Positions 1 to 8,870 of a DNA stretch of 64,000 bases are shown one piece after another. Location of the stretch: sequence record NZ_CP143948.1. The stretch is one strand, 5' to 3'. The stretch is from a plasmid. The notes under the pieces were generated by a model. The model was not told the DNA's origin and ran no database searches. It was given only the letters and a program-made list of their open reading frames with translations. Positions within the stretch are counted from its first letter, which is position 1. Each line of letters starts with the position of its first letter. Both the position numbers and the translations under genes were made by a program.

Positions 1-322
1 GGAATCCATGATTGGGCAAATCGAAGAACAGCAGACCTTAATGGCAGAAATGATTCTGGAAATGCAGAACCGGGACACCCAACTCTCTCTTATGCAGGAA
101 CAGAATCAGAAATTGCAAAAATTAAACAGCGAGTTATCCGAGCTGCTCAACATTTTGCCAAATACCGAGGAACTGCTTTCCAAGATGGAAGAACAGAAAA
201 CGAAGATAGAACTTTTGGAAAACGAAAATCAGCAATGGCAGAAATTGGTACAGAAACTGAACAGCGAAAACAGTTTATTACTGAAACAGAACACCGAATT
301 GCTGAACTGGAACAGCAGATAG
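1..322 (+). CDS. Coiled-coil protein, 3' part of a gene that begins upstream of the window; heptad-rich Q/E/L/K sequence ending at TAG 320-322
   Basis: Frame-2 ORF 8..322 is open back to the window edge. The translation is strongly coiled-coil-like (LQKLNSELSELLN, ENENQQWQKLVQKL). Confidence 0.4.
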   Translation, partial: ESMIGQIEEQQTLMAEMILEMQNRDTQLSLMQEQNQKLQKLNSELSELLNILPNTEELLSKMEEQKTKIELLENENQQWQKLVQKLNSENSLLLKQNTELLNWNSR

Positions 323-340
323 AGAAAGGACGTGATATAG

Positions 341-1306
341 ATGAACGAATCCAGAGAATCAAAGAACGCCGAACAGTTGGAAGAACTTCTCCTCTTGACC
401 GAGGAGATACAAGAAGAACTGGAACAGAAAGACCAGCTTATCGTGGAACTGAAGACGCAGCTCAACGAATCTCTGACCTTGAACGAGAAATTAAACAAAG
501 AGAACAGAGCCGGGAATATTCAATCATTAAAGAACGACTTGAAGATGGCAGACAGAGCATTGCGGATCGAGAAAGAAAAGCTGCGAAGCGCAAACGTCAC
601 TATAGAGGATTGTCAAGATAAAATACGCTGCTTAACACAGGAACGGGATTATGCCCGGACACATCAGAAAATCGTAGAGATACCGGTGGAAAAGCCGGTA
701 CTCTATGAAAAATGTGAAGCCTGTGACCGGGCAGCCTATCAGAATGCAAAAACGAAATACGAAACACAAAAAGAGCGACTTGCCGGACAGTATAAAGCAA
801 AAACGGTAATGTTCCAAACAACCTTGTTTCTTCTTGCATGGTATTCGCTGATATCCACTCTTTTTCAGGCAATACAGTCAGATGTGCTCCTTTCCGATTG
901 TAAATCATTCTTCAATGATTTAGCATCATTCATACAAACCTTTGTCGGATGGACGATTGATGCCGGGCATTCTGCGGCACAGATTAGTACAAAAATTCCA
1001 AATGCTTTTATAGCCGGAATGGTATATTGGTTATTGCTAATATTGATTGTAGGAATATGTATGGCAGGAACAGGGATGCTGGCGATACTGATAGAAATAA
1101 AGGTTATAGAATTATATAAGAAAAACTGTTGGGATGTTATTACTCTACTAATGATACTGACAAGTGTTGCTATTGTCATTTATTTTGGAGAATCAATCAA
1201 AAAAGTACTGTCAGTAAATCTTCTATTGCTTTTCGTACTTTCGCAGGGCGCATATGTTGGAATTAGATGTTATCTTAAAGTTTGGTTAGAAAAAAGACCA
1301 TATTAG
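341..1306 (+). CDS. Coiled-coil N-terminal / multi-pass membrane C-terminal protein of unknown function
   Basis: 321-aa ORF with AAAGGA 8 nt upstream of the ATG. The N-terminal ~190 aa are coiled-coil; the C-terminal ~130 aa contain 4-5 hydrophobic helices. It is in the same frame as the ORF ending at 322. Confidence 0.5.
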   Translation: MNESRESKNAEQLEELLLLTEEIQEELEQKDQLIVELKTQLNESLTLNEKLNKENRAGNIQSLKNDLKMADRALRIEKEKLRSANVTIEDCQDKIRCLTQERDYARTHQKIVEIPVEKPVLYEKCEACDRAAYQNAKTKYETQKERLAGQYKAKTVMFQTTLFLLAWYSLISTLFQAIQSDVLLSDCKSFFNDLASFIQTFVGWTIDAGHSAAQISTKIPNAFIAGMVYWLLLILIVGICMAGTGMLAILIEIKVIELYKKNCWDVITLLMILTSVAIVIYFGESIKKVLSVNLLLLFVLSQGAYVGIRCYLKVWLEKRPY

Positions 1307-1501
1307 TATTTTCAACTTACTGTATAGACAGTAAAATTACTCCATACCAGCCTAGTGAAAATTTACTGTATGAAAAGAAGTATTACAGAGAAAAAAGGCT
1401 GTAAAAACAGGAACAGCCAGCCCGAAAGAATTTACGGACTGGCTGTATCAGCAGAGTAATGTAATTGTGGAGCTGACCGAGATATGAAAAGCTTTCTATC
1501 A

Positions 1502-3838
1502 TCAATTTCGCATTATTGCAATAACAGATTGCTTCTTCCATGAATGAATAAGCAATATTGTCATCAAACTTTCAAGCATAAACATAGCAACAGCAAAAAG
1601 AGTAAAAGCAACAACCGGAAATACAAATCCCGTAGACATGCCTGCATTTTTCAAAAATATACCGATTGCATATCCGCCGGGGATTCCAACAACAGCAGTT
1701 ATAAGCAATGCAATCAAAGTAGTAAAAAGACCTTCCATCATAAATGCTTGCTTCAACTGCTTATTTGTCATACCAATAGATTTTAGTGTGCCCATTTCCT
1801 GTTTGTGTGATAAAAGATTTGTCACAGTAAGATTGATTTGATTGATGACCGCAAATATCCACAAGATGGCTGCAATCGCATAAGCTAATGTAAAACCTGC
1901 ACGATTGTCTGATTGGTGTTCTACAATAAAATCTTGAAGGGTTTGTAAGCGAACATCCCTATTGTCAGAAACGAGTAATTTGAGTTCTTGCTCGATTATC
2001 TCCTGATATTCAGCTTCTGCTTGTATTTCGATTGCGTATGTACAGTCATAACCTGCAAGTTCTTTGAGCATATTTTCCGGCATTCTGAAAATATAGCCAC
2101 CCATTCCATCATTGCTGGAAGTGATTGCACCAATTTTGAATGCTTTTGTTATTGTTTTACCACTATGATTTTTGAAATTAAAGGTCACAGTATCCCCAAT
2201 TTGAGGTTTCCAATGGTAAACATCATAAATACGTTCGGGATCACTTACAACTAATTCTGTATCATCAGTAATATTTCCAGATAAAACCGCTGCATTTAGC
2301 GACGCCAAATCCTTTTCATTATAGCCGAGCATCAAGGTGCTATCTGAAATATCATTGTCTGTTGAAAAATCAACTGGTACGGTAGCATAAGTAAATATAT
2401 TGCTAACTCCCTCTATATCTCCAACACGCTTTACATAATCAGAAAAATATTCTTTCTGCAAGAGAGCATCCAAATTTTCACTTTCGTTTTCTAAATCAAT
2501 GCTGATTTTGAAATCTCCGTACTTCATATCCCAATAACGAGCCATACTCTCGGCATTAAAAGAACTCTGATAACTTGCTGCAAGGAAAAATATAACTCCG
2601 CACAGTCCCAATGATAAAATGGTCAATAGAGATTTTTTTCTGTTTCTGGAAAAGCTGATTTTCGCTAAATATACAGGCGTAATACGATGTCTTTTGTGAG
2701 TGCGGTAATTTACAATTCCCACTGGATTTTTCAGGGCGGAAATTGGAGAAGTATTCGCTGCAATTTTTGCTGGTTTACGAACACTAATATAAACAAGCAG
2801 TATTCCAAAAAGGCATGCGCCACATAGAGAAACAATAAATGCAAATACTGACCAGCCTTTTGATTGCAGACAATAGCTGATGATCGTTCCCATGATACTA
2901 CCAATTAAAATCCCCGGAACTGCAAGCATATAACCCTGTTTAAGAACTATTTTATAAATTTGCTTTTTACTTGCCCCTATTGTCCGAAGCTGTCCGAACT
3001 CAGCAACTTTTTGTCCAACCGAAATATAGAAAATGCTGTAAATTACAAGTGCGGCAGCTAAAAACAAAATGGCAGCAACTACACCATATACCGCATAATT
3101 ACTGAAGGACAAAGTTGTATTTACATAATCATAGTAACTGCTGACTGTCCAATTATTCAGTCCAGTCTCCTCTGAAATTTGAGATAATATTTCTGTTGCT
3201 TCGTCTTTTGTAAGGGTATCTGCATTTTCAAGCCAAACATATCCATTAAGCAGGTTATTTCCACGTAATTCCCGGCATTTTTCAAGTGAAACAAAAACAG
3301 GATAAGCGGTAGAAGTTTTATCATGATAAATACCAACAATAGTATAATTCTTCAAAGTACCATCCAGATTCAACTGAACTATGGCGTTGATTTCCGGAGA
3401 CTTATTTTCACTGGCAAAAAAGGCATCTGTAACAGCAATTTCACTTGCTTTCTCTGGATATTTTCCGTCAAAGGCAGGAATCAAACTAAGCATGTCATCA
3501 TCATAATAAATCAGAGACAGTTCTTTAGAATTTTCTTTCACTGTTTTGATATTACAGGAAAGTCCTACACTTTTTACTTCTTCGTTTGCTAACAACTTTT
3601 CTTTACTGTCCTGCGTAATGTCAAAGAAAATCCCTTGATGTAATCCTTCGATTTCTTTCTGATTTTGATAAATGATATTTTGCACTGTGAGCAACGACAT
3701 CATTATCATAGCAACGGCTACAATAATTGCCGAAAGGCAAAATAAGTTTTTCTTCTTATCAAAACGCACACTTTTTCGTGCTAATTTTTTAATTACTGCA
3801 CTGGTATCATTTTCAAAAGGATAATTCATAATTCCCAC
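1502..3838 (-). CDS. ABC transporter permease, FtsX family, duplicated-FtsX (MacB/BceB-like) architecture, 778 aa
   Basis: Two FtsX-like 3-4 TM bundles, each preceded by a large extracytoplasmic domain. It sits immediately downstream of the ATPase, with a 5-nt gap. Confidence 0.85.
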   Translation of the reverse strand: MGIMNYPFENDTSAVIKKLARKSVRFDKKKNLFCLSAIIVAVAMIMMSLLTVQNIIYQNQKEIEGLHQGIFFDITQDSKEKLLANEEVKSVGLSCNIKTVKENSKELSLIYYDDDMLSLIPAFDGKYPEKASEIAVTDAFFASENKSPEINAIVQLNLDGTLKNYTIVGIYHDKTSTAYPVFVSLEKCRELRGNNLLNGYVWLENADTLTKDEATEILSQISEETGLNNWTVSSYYDYVNTTLSFSNYAVYGVVAAILFLAAALVIYSIFYISVGQKVAEFGQLRTIGASKKQIYKIVLKQGYMLAVPGILIGSIMGTIISYCLQSKGWSVFAFIVSLCGACLFGILLVYISVRKPAKIAANTSPISALKNPVGIVNYRTHKRHRITPVYLAKISFSRNRKKSLLTILSLGLCGVIFFLAASYQSSFNAESMARYWDMKYGDFKISIDLENESENLDALLQKEYFSDYVKRVGDIEGVSNIFTYATVPVDFSTDNDISDSTLMLGYNEKDLASLNAAVLSGNITDDTELVVSDPERIYDVYHWKPQIGDTVTFNFKNHSGKTITKAFKIGAITSSNDGMGGYIFRMPENMLKELAGYDCTYAIEIQAEAEYQEIIEQELKLLVSDNRDVRLQTLQDFIVEHQSDNRAGFTLAYAIAAILWIFAVINQINLTVTNLLSHKQEMGTLKSIGMTNKQLKQAFMMEGLFTTLIALLITAVVGIPGGYAIGIFLKNAGMSTGFVFPVVAFTLFAVAMFMLESLMTILLIHSWKKQSVIAIMRN

Positions 3839-3843
3839 CTCCT

Positions 3844-4515
3844 TTAGCCAACAATTTTACCATCTTCAATCCGTACAATGCGGTCTGCGAGTTGAGCGAT
3901 CTCGTTGTTGTGAGTAATCATTACAATGGTCTGATTAAATTCTCCGCTGGTATGCTTCAAAAGCCCTAACACATCTGCACTGGTCTTGCTATCAAGATTT
4001 CCGGTCGGTTCATCAGCAAGGATAATCGCAGGCTTCGTAATTAAAGCTCGTGCAATCGCTACACGTTGCTGTTGACCGCCTGAAAGATTGTTCGGCATAT
4101 TTTCCAGTTTATCTTCTAAAGCCAACATATACACAACTTCGTCCATAAATTTCTGGTCTACTGTATCGCCATCCAGTTCCACAGGCAGGACGATATTTTC
4201 ATATACATTCAAAATCGGAACCAGATTATAATTTTGGAAGATAAATCCGATGTTACGACGGCGGAAAATTGTCAATTCATCATCATTCTTTTTTGCGAGT
4301 TCTTCTCCCCGTACAATCACGCTGCCGGAAGTGGGGGTATCAAGTCCTCCCATCATGTGAAGCAATGTAGACTTACCGCTGCCGGAAGTTCCAACTACGG
4401 CAACAAATTCTCCCTGTTCCACAGTAAAATTTACACCATTAAGGGCACGAGTAATATTTGGTTCTGTGCCGTAATACTTCTTTAAGTCGATTGTTTGTAA
4501 AATGCTCATATTCAA
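3844..4515 (-). CDS. ABC transporter ATP-binding protein (MacB/LolD/BceA type)
   Basis: Walker [10 protein letters not shown], signature [15 protein letters not shown] and Walker [12 protein letters not shown]. Confidence 0.9.
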   Translation of the reverse strand: MNMSILQTIDLKKYYGTEPNITRALNGVNFTVEQGEFVAVVGTSGSGKSTLLHMMGGLDTPTSGSVIVRGEELAKKNDDELTIFRRRNIGFIFQNYNLVPILNVYENIVLPVELDGDTVDQKFMDEVVYMLALEDKLENMPNNLSGGQQQRVAIARALITKPAIILADEPTGNLDSKTSADVLGLLKHTSGEFNQTIVMITHNNEIAQLADRIVRIEDGKIVG

Positions 4516-4660
4516 ATGCTCCTTTCAAGGCTTTCTATCTGTTGATAAAGCCATTGTAAACCACAAATGTTACACAAATGTCCGAGATAGAAAAAATTTT
4601 TATCGAAAATCAGAGTGAAATGTTACAACGCTCGGACATTTCAAAAAAAGTGGTTATATC

Positions 4661-5692
4661 TTACCTTACAGGAAGCATAATAGAAAATTCTGAGCCTTGC
4701 CTCAGCTCTGAAACGACCTTGATATAGCCCCCTTGCCTTGTTACAATCTCACGAGCCAAATACAAACCTATTCCCACACCCTGTTGATCGTGTACTTCTT
4801 CCTCACGATAGAAGCGCCGGAAGATGGCAGCCTGATTGCTTTCTGAAATGCCCTTGCCGGTGTCGGTCACTTTGACCTCTACGTACATTTCCCACTGAAC
4901 CACTGATACAGAAATCTTTCCACCTGACGGAGTGTATTTTACTGCATTGTCCAGCAGATTGAAAAGGGCTTCGCTTGTCCACTTGCTGTCATGGGAGATT
5001 ATCAAATTTTCCGGGCAATCCACGGATACAGCAATTTCTTTTTTCTCTGCGGCATATACAATACTGCTCATGGCTTGTGCAAGCGTATGGAATAAGCTGC
5101 TGTCTTTCTTTTCTAATCGTATTGCTCCGGTTTCCAACCGGGACGTTTTAACCAGTGCTTGGAACAGAAAATCCAGTTTATCAGTCTGACTGCGTATGCC
5201 TTGTAAAAAGTCCATCCGTTCTTCTTCTGAAACAGGCTTTGTTAAAAGTGTGTCCGTTACCATTTGCAAATTGCTGACAGGCGTTTTAACTTGATGTGAA
5301 ATATCAGAAATCAGCATTTGAAGCTCCTGTCGTTCCATGTCTACCTTGTGCCGGTTTTTCTGCATAATCTCATACAACCGAATTAAGCGGTGGTTGATAC
5401 GGGCAAAAAGAGTTTCACTATCATTTGACTTTTGTAATTCCTCGTTTCCATCAATCATGTTGTCCAGCGTCCGGCACAAATTAGAAGTAAAATGAGAAAG
5501 GCGTTTTCCAAAAATCAGCACCAATAGCCAAATCCAGAAAAACGCACAGAGTGTCAATGTTCCACCCACTATAAAAATTCGTATATCCTGCATTATACCG
5601 CCGAAAATACCGGTAATTACCAGCATAGAGAAAACCATGCCAGCACTAACCAGTCTACAAATTTTCTTAGCAGAAAGGTTATTCAGATTCAT
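4661..5692 (-). CDS. Sensor histidine kinase, intramembrane-sensing (BceS-like): two N-terminal TM helices with a minimal loop
   Basis: HisKA H-box (ISHQVKTPV) and HATPase_c motifs (NLLDNAVKYT, DTGKGI, GVGIGL). The start is set at ATG 5692 (MNLNN), with GGAGG 9 nt upstream; it overlaps the RR stop as ATGA. Confidence 0.8.
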   Translation of the reverse strand: MNLNNLSAKKICRLVSAGMVFSMLVITGIFGGIMQDIRIFIVGGTLTLCAFFWIWLLVLIFGKRLSHFTSNLCRTLDNMIDGNEELQKSNDSETLFARINHRLIRLYEIMQKNRHKVDMERQELQMLISDISHQVKTPVSNLQMVTDTLLTKPVSEEERMDFLQGIRSQTDKLDFLFQALVKTSRLETGAIRLEKKDSSLFHTLAQAMSSIVYAAEKKEIAVSVDCPENLIISHDSKWTSEALFNLLDNAVKYTPSGGKISVSVVQWEMYVEVKVTDTGKGISESNQAAIFRRFYREEEVHDQQGVGIGLYLAREIVTRQGGYIKVVSELRQGSEFSIMLPVR

Positions 5693-6378
5693 TTCTTTTC
5701 GCCTCCTGTCCATTGATACCCCATACCATAAACCGTTTTGATATATGTGTCGCCATCCGCTTCAATCTTACTGCGAATACGGCTGATAGAAGTAGTAAGG
5801 GTATGTTCATCTACATATTTTTCATCAACATCCCACAGTTTTTCTAAAAATTGTTGGCGAGTAAGTACCTGCTTCGGATTTTTAAGAAATAGGTTCAACA
5901 TTTTATATTCCATCGCAGAAAGTGCTAATGGTTTCCCGTTCAAACTTGCAAATTGTTCCGAAAAATCCAGAAACAAGCTACCATCCTCGTAAATATCCTT
6001 AGCTGGTTTGTGATGCTCCAACATAGCGAACATGGCTTTGATTTTTCGCTGCAAAGCACTAATCGAAAAAGGTTTCGTGATATAATCCACTGCACCAGCT
6101 TCATATCCCCGTATCTGATTGCTTTCCTGATCGTTGGCAGTTAGAAATATAACTACTGTATCAGGATGCTCTGGCTTGATAAGACGGCATAGGTCATAAC
6201 CATTTCCGTCTGGTAAATTTATATCCAGCAATACCAAATCAAAAATGTTTGTTTTTAATGATTCAGCGGCTGTCCTTGCATTCAGAACAGAAGTTATTGT
6301 GTAACCGTCCAATTCCAAATTATAAGTAAGCGTTTTATTCAAAAGATTATCATCTTCGACAATTAAAATATGCTTCAT
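5689..6378 (-). CDS. OmpR-family response regulator (BceR-like)
   Basis: Receiver domain (ILIVEDD...LDINLPDGNG) plus a winged-helix C-terminus (YIKTVYGMGYQW). The start is set at MKHILIV (ATG 6378, RBS GGAAGTGA), not the longer ORF-track start. Confidence 0.85.
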   Translation of the reverse strand: MKHILIVEDDNLLNKTLTYNLELDGYTITSVLNARTAAESLKTNIFDLVLLDINLPDGNGYDLCRLIKPEHPDTVVIFLTANDQESNQIRGYEAGAVDYITKPFSISALQRKIKAMFAMLEHHKPAKDIYEDGSLFLDFSEQFASLNGKPLALSAMEYKMLNLFLKNPKQVLTRQQFLEKLWDVDEKYVDEHTLTTSISRIRSKIEADGDTYIKTVYGMGYQWTGGEKK

Positions 6379-6495
6379 ATTATCACTTCCTTTTCTTTTT
6401 GCAGATAGTATAACAGGCAAATGTCCGAGAATTGTTACAAGGACAAATATATTTTTCATTTTACAGCTTTTTTCTGTGTACTGCAATTTTATAAA

Positions 6496-6535
6496 AGAAA
6501 GGACAGCAGTGTCAAATTGCTGTCCTTTCTTTTAT
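6496..6535. terminator. Perfect 15-bp-stem hairpin flanked by A/T runs (aaagaaaggacagca...tgctgtcctttctttt); bidirectional intrinsic terminator
   Basis: Stem AAAGGACAGCA / TGCTGTCCTTT with T-runs on both strands, sitting between the RR gene's upstream region and the small-gene islet. Confidence 0.6.
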
Positions 6536-6627
6536 CATAGCTGGTAGTGTAGAAGCGTGGGTTCATCATATCGGGTGTGGTATCTTTAACTACAGGAAAC
6601 TCCCTACAACACTATCTCACTTCTTGC

Positions 6628-6867
6628 TTAATAAAGTTCTAATGAATCTTCTGTATCCACCCACATCTGTAAATTGCCATCAAGATATAATCTTGCATAT
6701 TCCAAAGGCTCATCCACAGCCAATGAAGTAAGCGCACATTCTGATCCATATGTGGTTTTTAAATTTTTTTCAGCTTCCCAGCAATCAATGCGAAGCATAT
6801 ATCCAGCACTTGTGTAAACATCAATACTATCGTGGTTTATATTATATTCTGCATAAATTGTTCTCAT
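6628..6867 (-). CDS. Hypothetical 79-aa acidic soluble protein
   Basis: ORF with GGAGA 9 nt upstream. No recognisable motif. Confidence 0.4.
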   Translation of the reverse strand: MRTIYAEYNINHDSIDVYTSAGYMLRIDCWEAEKNLKTTYGSECALTSLAVDEPLEYARLYLDGNLQMWVDTEDSLELY

Positions 6868-7192
6868 CGTATCTTATCTCCATTTTCTTTTGATAATCAG
6901 TTACAGAGTTAAATATCGAAAACATTTCAATCAGTTCACCATGTCGTTATTGTTATATGTTATATTGTGTTATGAAATTTTCTTTCCCTTAATTTTTCCC
7001 ATATTAAGGTTCATGAAAAGCAATGGGAAAATGTAACACAAGGGAAAGAGTAAGGGAAAGTTCACTTGCTACAAACTTAGTATTTTCAAGGGTTTGCGAA
7101 GAATTTGATAATCAAATATAACAGTTATTAAATTTCCTAAAATATGTGAAATATCAATTATAATTTGATAAGCTCCTCTAAGAGATTATGTT

Positions 7193-7543
7193 TCAATTTT
7201 CTTCTATGTATTTCACTACTCTATCTATATTTCCGCTTTCATATTCATCATGTGTTAATTTGAAACACTCATCCTTACTAACACTGCTGTAGTCTATATA
7301 CCTAGCAATATCTTCTGGAATTAAAAACAAGTTTACTCCTTCTCGTTTCAGCGATTGTAAATCTCCGTGATTGACATCAACAATTACTTCCGCTTCCCAA
7401 TTTTTTGCTTTAATTGCAGACTGTAAATTTTCTTTTAATACAGTACTTCTCTTTTTTTTAAAAATATTAAAATGTCCATCATGTCCAACCTGTGAATTTC
7501 TCCCATTAGTTACATAGGGTACAATGGCTATTTTTTTTATCAT
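7193..7543 (-). CDS. Hypothetical 116-aa alpha/beta protein
   Basis: Start trimmed to MIKKIAIVPY, with AGGAGG 8 nt upstream. The predicted fold is alternating beta-alpha (Rossmann/flavodoxin-like); no known family recognised. Confidence 0.5.
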   Translation of the reverse strand: MIKKIAIVPYVTNGRNSQVGHDGHFNIFKKKRSTVLKENLQSAIKAKNWEAEVIVDVNHGDLQSLKREGVNLFLIPEDIARYIDYSSVSKDECFKLTHDEYESGNIDRVVKYIEEN

Positions 7544-7624
7544 TAACTTGTCCTCCTTTTCCACTTCTTATAACTTCTAATTTTACTTAAACTTTTTTCA
7601 CCTTAAAAAACTGGGATTTTCGCA

Positions 7625-8005
7625 TTATTTCTGTTGTGCCTTAACAAAAATGCTCTCTGTTACAAGGGCTATCGTTATAAGGGCTCCTACAAGGGAGTAA
7701 TTGTTTAATCCATACATCAACGGCATAAGAGAAATAACTGCTGTAATAATCGAAAGAACAAACAAGGCGTTAAAAACGCTATCTTTCTTCAAAGAAATCA
7801 ACGAAAGCAACAAAATAACAACAGTAAGTATGGCTGTAATAAGTGGAGCAAAATTTGCATATCCAAACGGTATAAGACTAAAGTATGAAAATGTTTCTCT
7901 TACTCTTTCTGTTGGAGATGGAGCAAAAGTACAAACTGCTCCCAGTGGTAATGCTTCTAACACTATTGTTAAAGCCGGAAAAACCACTAAGCTGATTTTT
8001 TTCAT
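7625..8005 (-). CDS. Hypothetical small integral membrane protein, 4 predicted TM helices, 126 aa
   Basis: GGAGG 8 nt upstream of the ATG. Four hydrophobic segments. Confidence 0.5.
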   Translation of the reverse strand: MKKISLVVFPALTIVLEALPLGAVCTFAPSPTERVRETFSYFSLIPFGYANFAPLITAILTVVILLLSLISLKKDSVFNALFVLSIITAVISLMPLMYGLNNYSLVGALITIALVTESIFVKAQQK

Positions 8006-8051
8006 GTTGTGTACCTCCGTCTACAAATCGTGGTTTGTTGATGCAAAACTA

Positions 8052-8207
8052 TTAAGACTTATCTTCGTTATTATCGCTCTTAAATAAACCGATAATAACA
8101 ACAATCAGACCTAAAACACCACCTCCAAACGCAATGATATTATCTATGGATAGAGCAATTGCCGCAAGAATGATTGCTATACCCAATAACATTATTTTTG
8201 TTCCCAT
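8052..8207 (-). CDS. Putative 51-aa single-TM peptide (MGTKIMLLGIAIILAAIALSIDNIIAFGGGVLGLIVVIIGLFKSDNNEDKS); not in the supplied ORF track
   Basis: GGAAGGAGG 8 nt upstream of ATG 8207. Hydrophobic helix with a GGG motif and a charged tail. It is co-oriented with, and directly upstream of, the 126-aa membrane protein. Confidence 0.35.
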   Translation of the reverse strand: MGTKIMLLGIAIILAAIALSIDNIIAFGGGVLGLIVVIIGLFKSDNNEDKS

Positions 8208-8389
8208 TCATTCCGCCTCCTTCCTATTTGGTGCTTCATCTGCTCCAGACAAAACACCATTATGGCAAAAGTTAGCAATAAAAACATCATTCATAGTGCA
8301 TCCCTCTAAATGCTCCTTCTTCAATACAACTCCCAGTTTCTTTCACTTCTTGATGAAGCCATTAACCTTGATGAAATTGTTCCTGTTTC

Positions 8390-8870
8390 TTTTGTTACTC
8401 ATTTCCACGCTTCAACCGGAATACCTCGAAAGCACCAGCTTTATCCGATGCTCAAGGCACTTCTACTCCAGCGTATTTTTTTCAATCCCGACAGATACGC
8501 TCCTGCTTGCGTTCCTAGAGTACTCTCAGGAACTTCGTGATTTCTGCGACTTTGATGCTGTTCCAGATGGTTCCAAATTTACACGTTTTAAACAGGACTT
8601 CTTGTTGGATTTACGATCTTCGAAGACATTGGATTTCGTAATGCTTTTATTCCTCTCCGTGCCTATCCTGGCATAGAACGTGGCTCGAAATAATGGGAAG
8701 ATACTTACAAGATCCGTGTAAATGTTGAAAATTCAATCAACCATTTCAAAGATAGTTGCAGCATTGCGAATCGTAAGACCCAGAATGAGAAAACGCTTCA
8801 TGCTGATTTACTTCTTGCCGGAATCACCCAGCTTGTTACTGTAATTGTCGCTGATAAGATTCATCAGTAC
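8390..8870 (+). pseudogene. Decayed IS1182/IS5(IS4-superfamily)-type transposase: frameshifted N-terminal DUF772 piece plus a C-terminal ~60-aa piece; the middle is deleted
   Basis: N-terminal pieces ...GIPRKHQLYPMLKALLLQRIF... and, in another frame, ...DFDAVPDGSKFTRFKQDFL... match the DUF772 transposase N-domain. The piece at 8716-8868 (IRVNVENSINHFKDSCSIANRKTQNEKTLHADLLLAGITQLV) matches the conserved transposase C-terminus. Confidence 0.5.

Noticed and set aside
235-621. 128-aa ORF in an alternative frame over the coiled-coil gene
   Set aside because: The R/G/T-rich translation comes from purine-rich coding DNA, and the overlapping frame-2 reading gives a natural coiled coil.
1317-1334. 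Palindrome TTACTGTATAGACAGTAA resembling a LexA/SOS box
   Set aside because: The CTGT-N4-ACAG spacing does not fit the E. coli box, and the sequence is unlike the Firmicutes Cheo box (CGAACN4GTTCG). It sits in a convergent 3' region next to a stronger GC hairpin at 1395-1432.
5689-6486. Long N-terminal extension of the response-regulator ORF (MQYTEKSCKMKNIF...)
   Set aside because: The extension is hydrophobic and non-homologous. A clean RBS and an MKHILIVEDD receiver-domain start exist at 6378.
6540-6627. Possible tRNA-like or sRNA structure (gtagtgtag...ctacaacacta) downstream of the 79-aa gene
   Set aside because: It does not fold into a cloverleaf and has no conserved tRNA positions. 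It is probably just the 3'-UTR ahead of the bidirectional terminator.
8134-8676. 180-aa ORF and overlapping 76-aa ORF (8310..8540)
   Set aside because: They read through the transposase relic in mixed frames. Only pieces of each match a transposase, and together they are better explained as a pseudogene.
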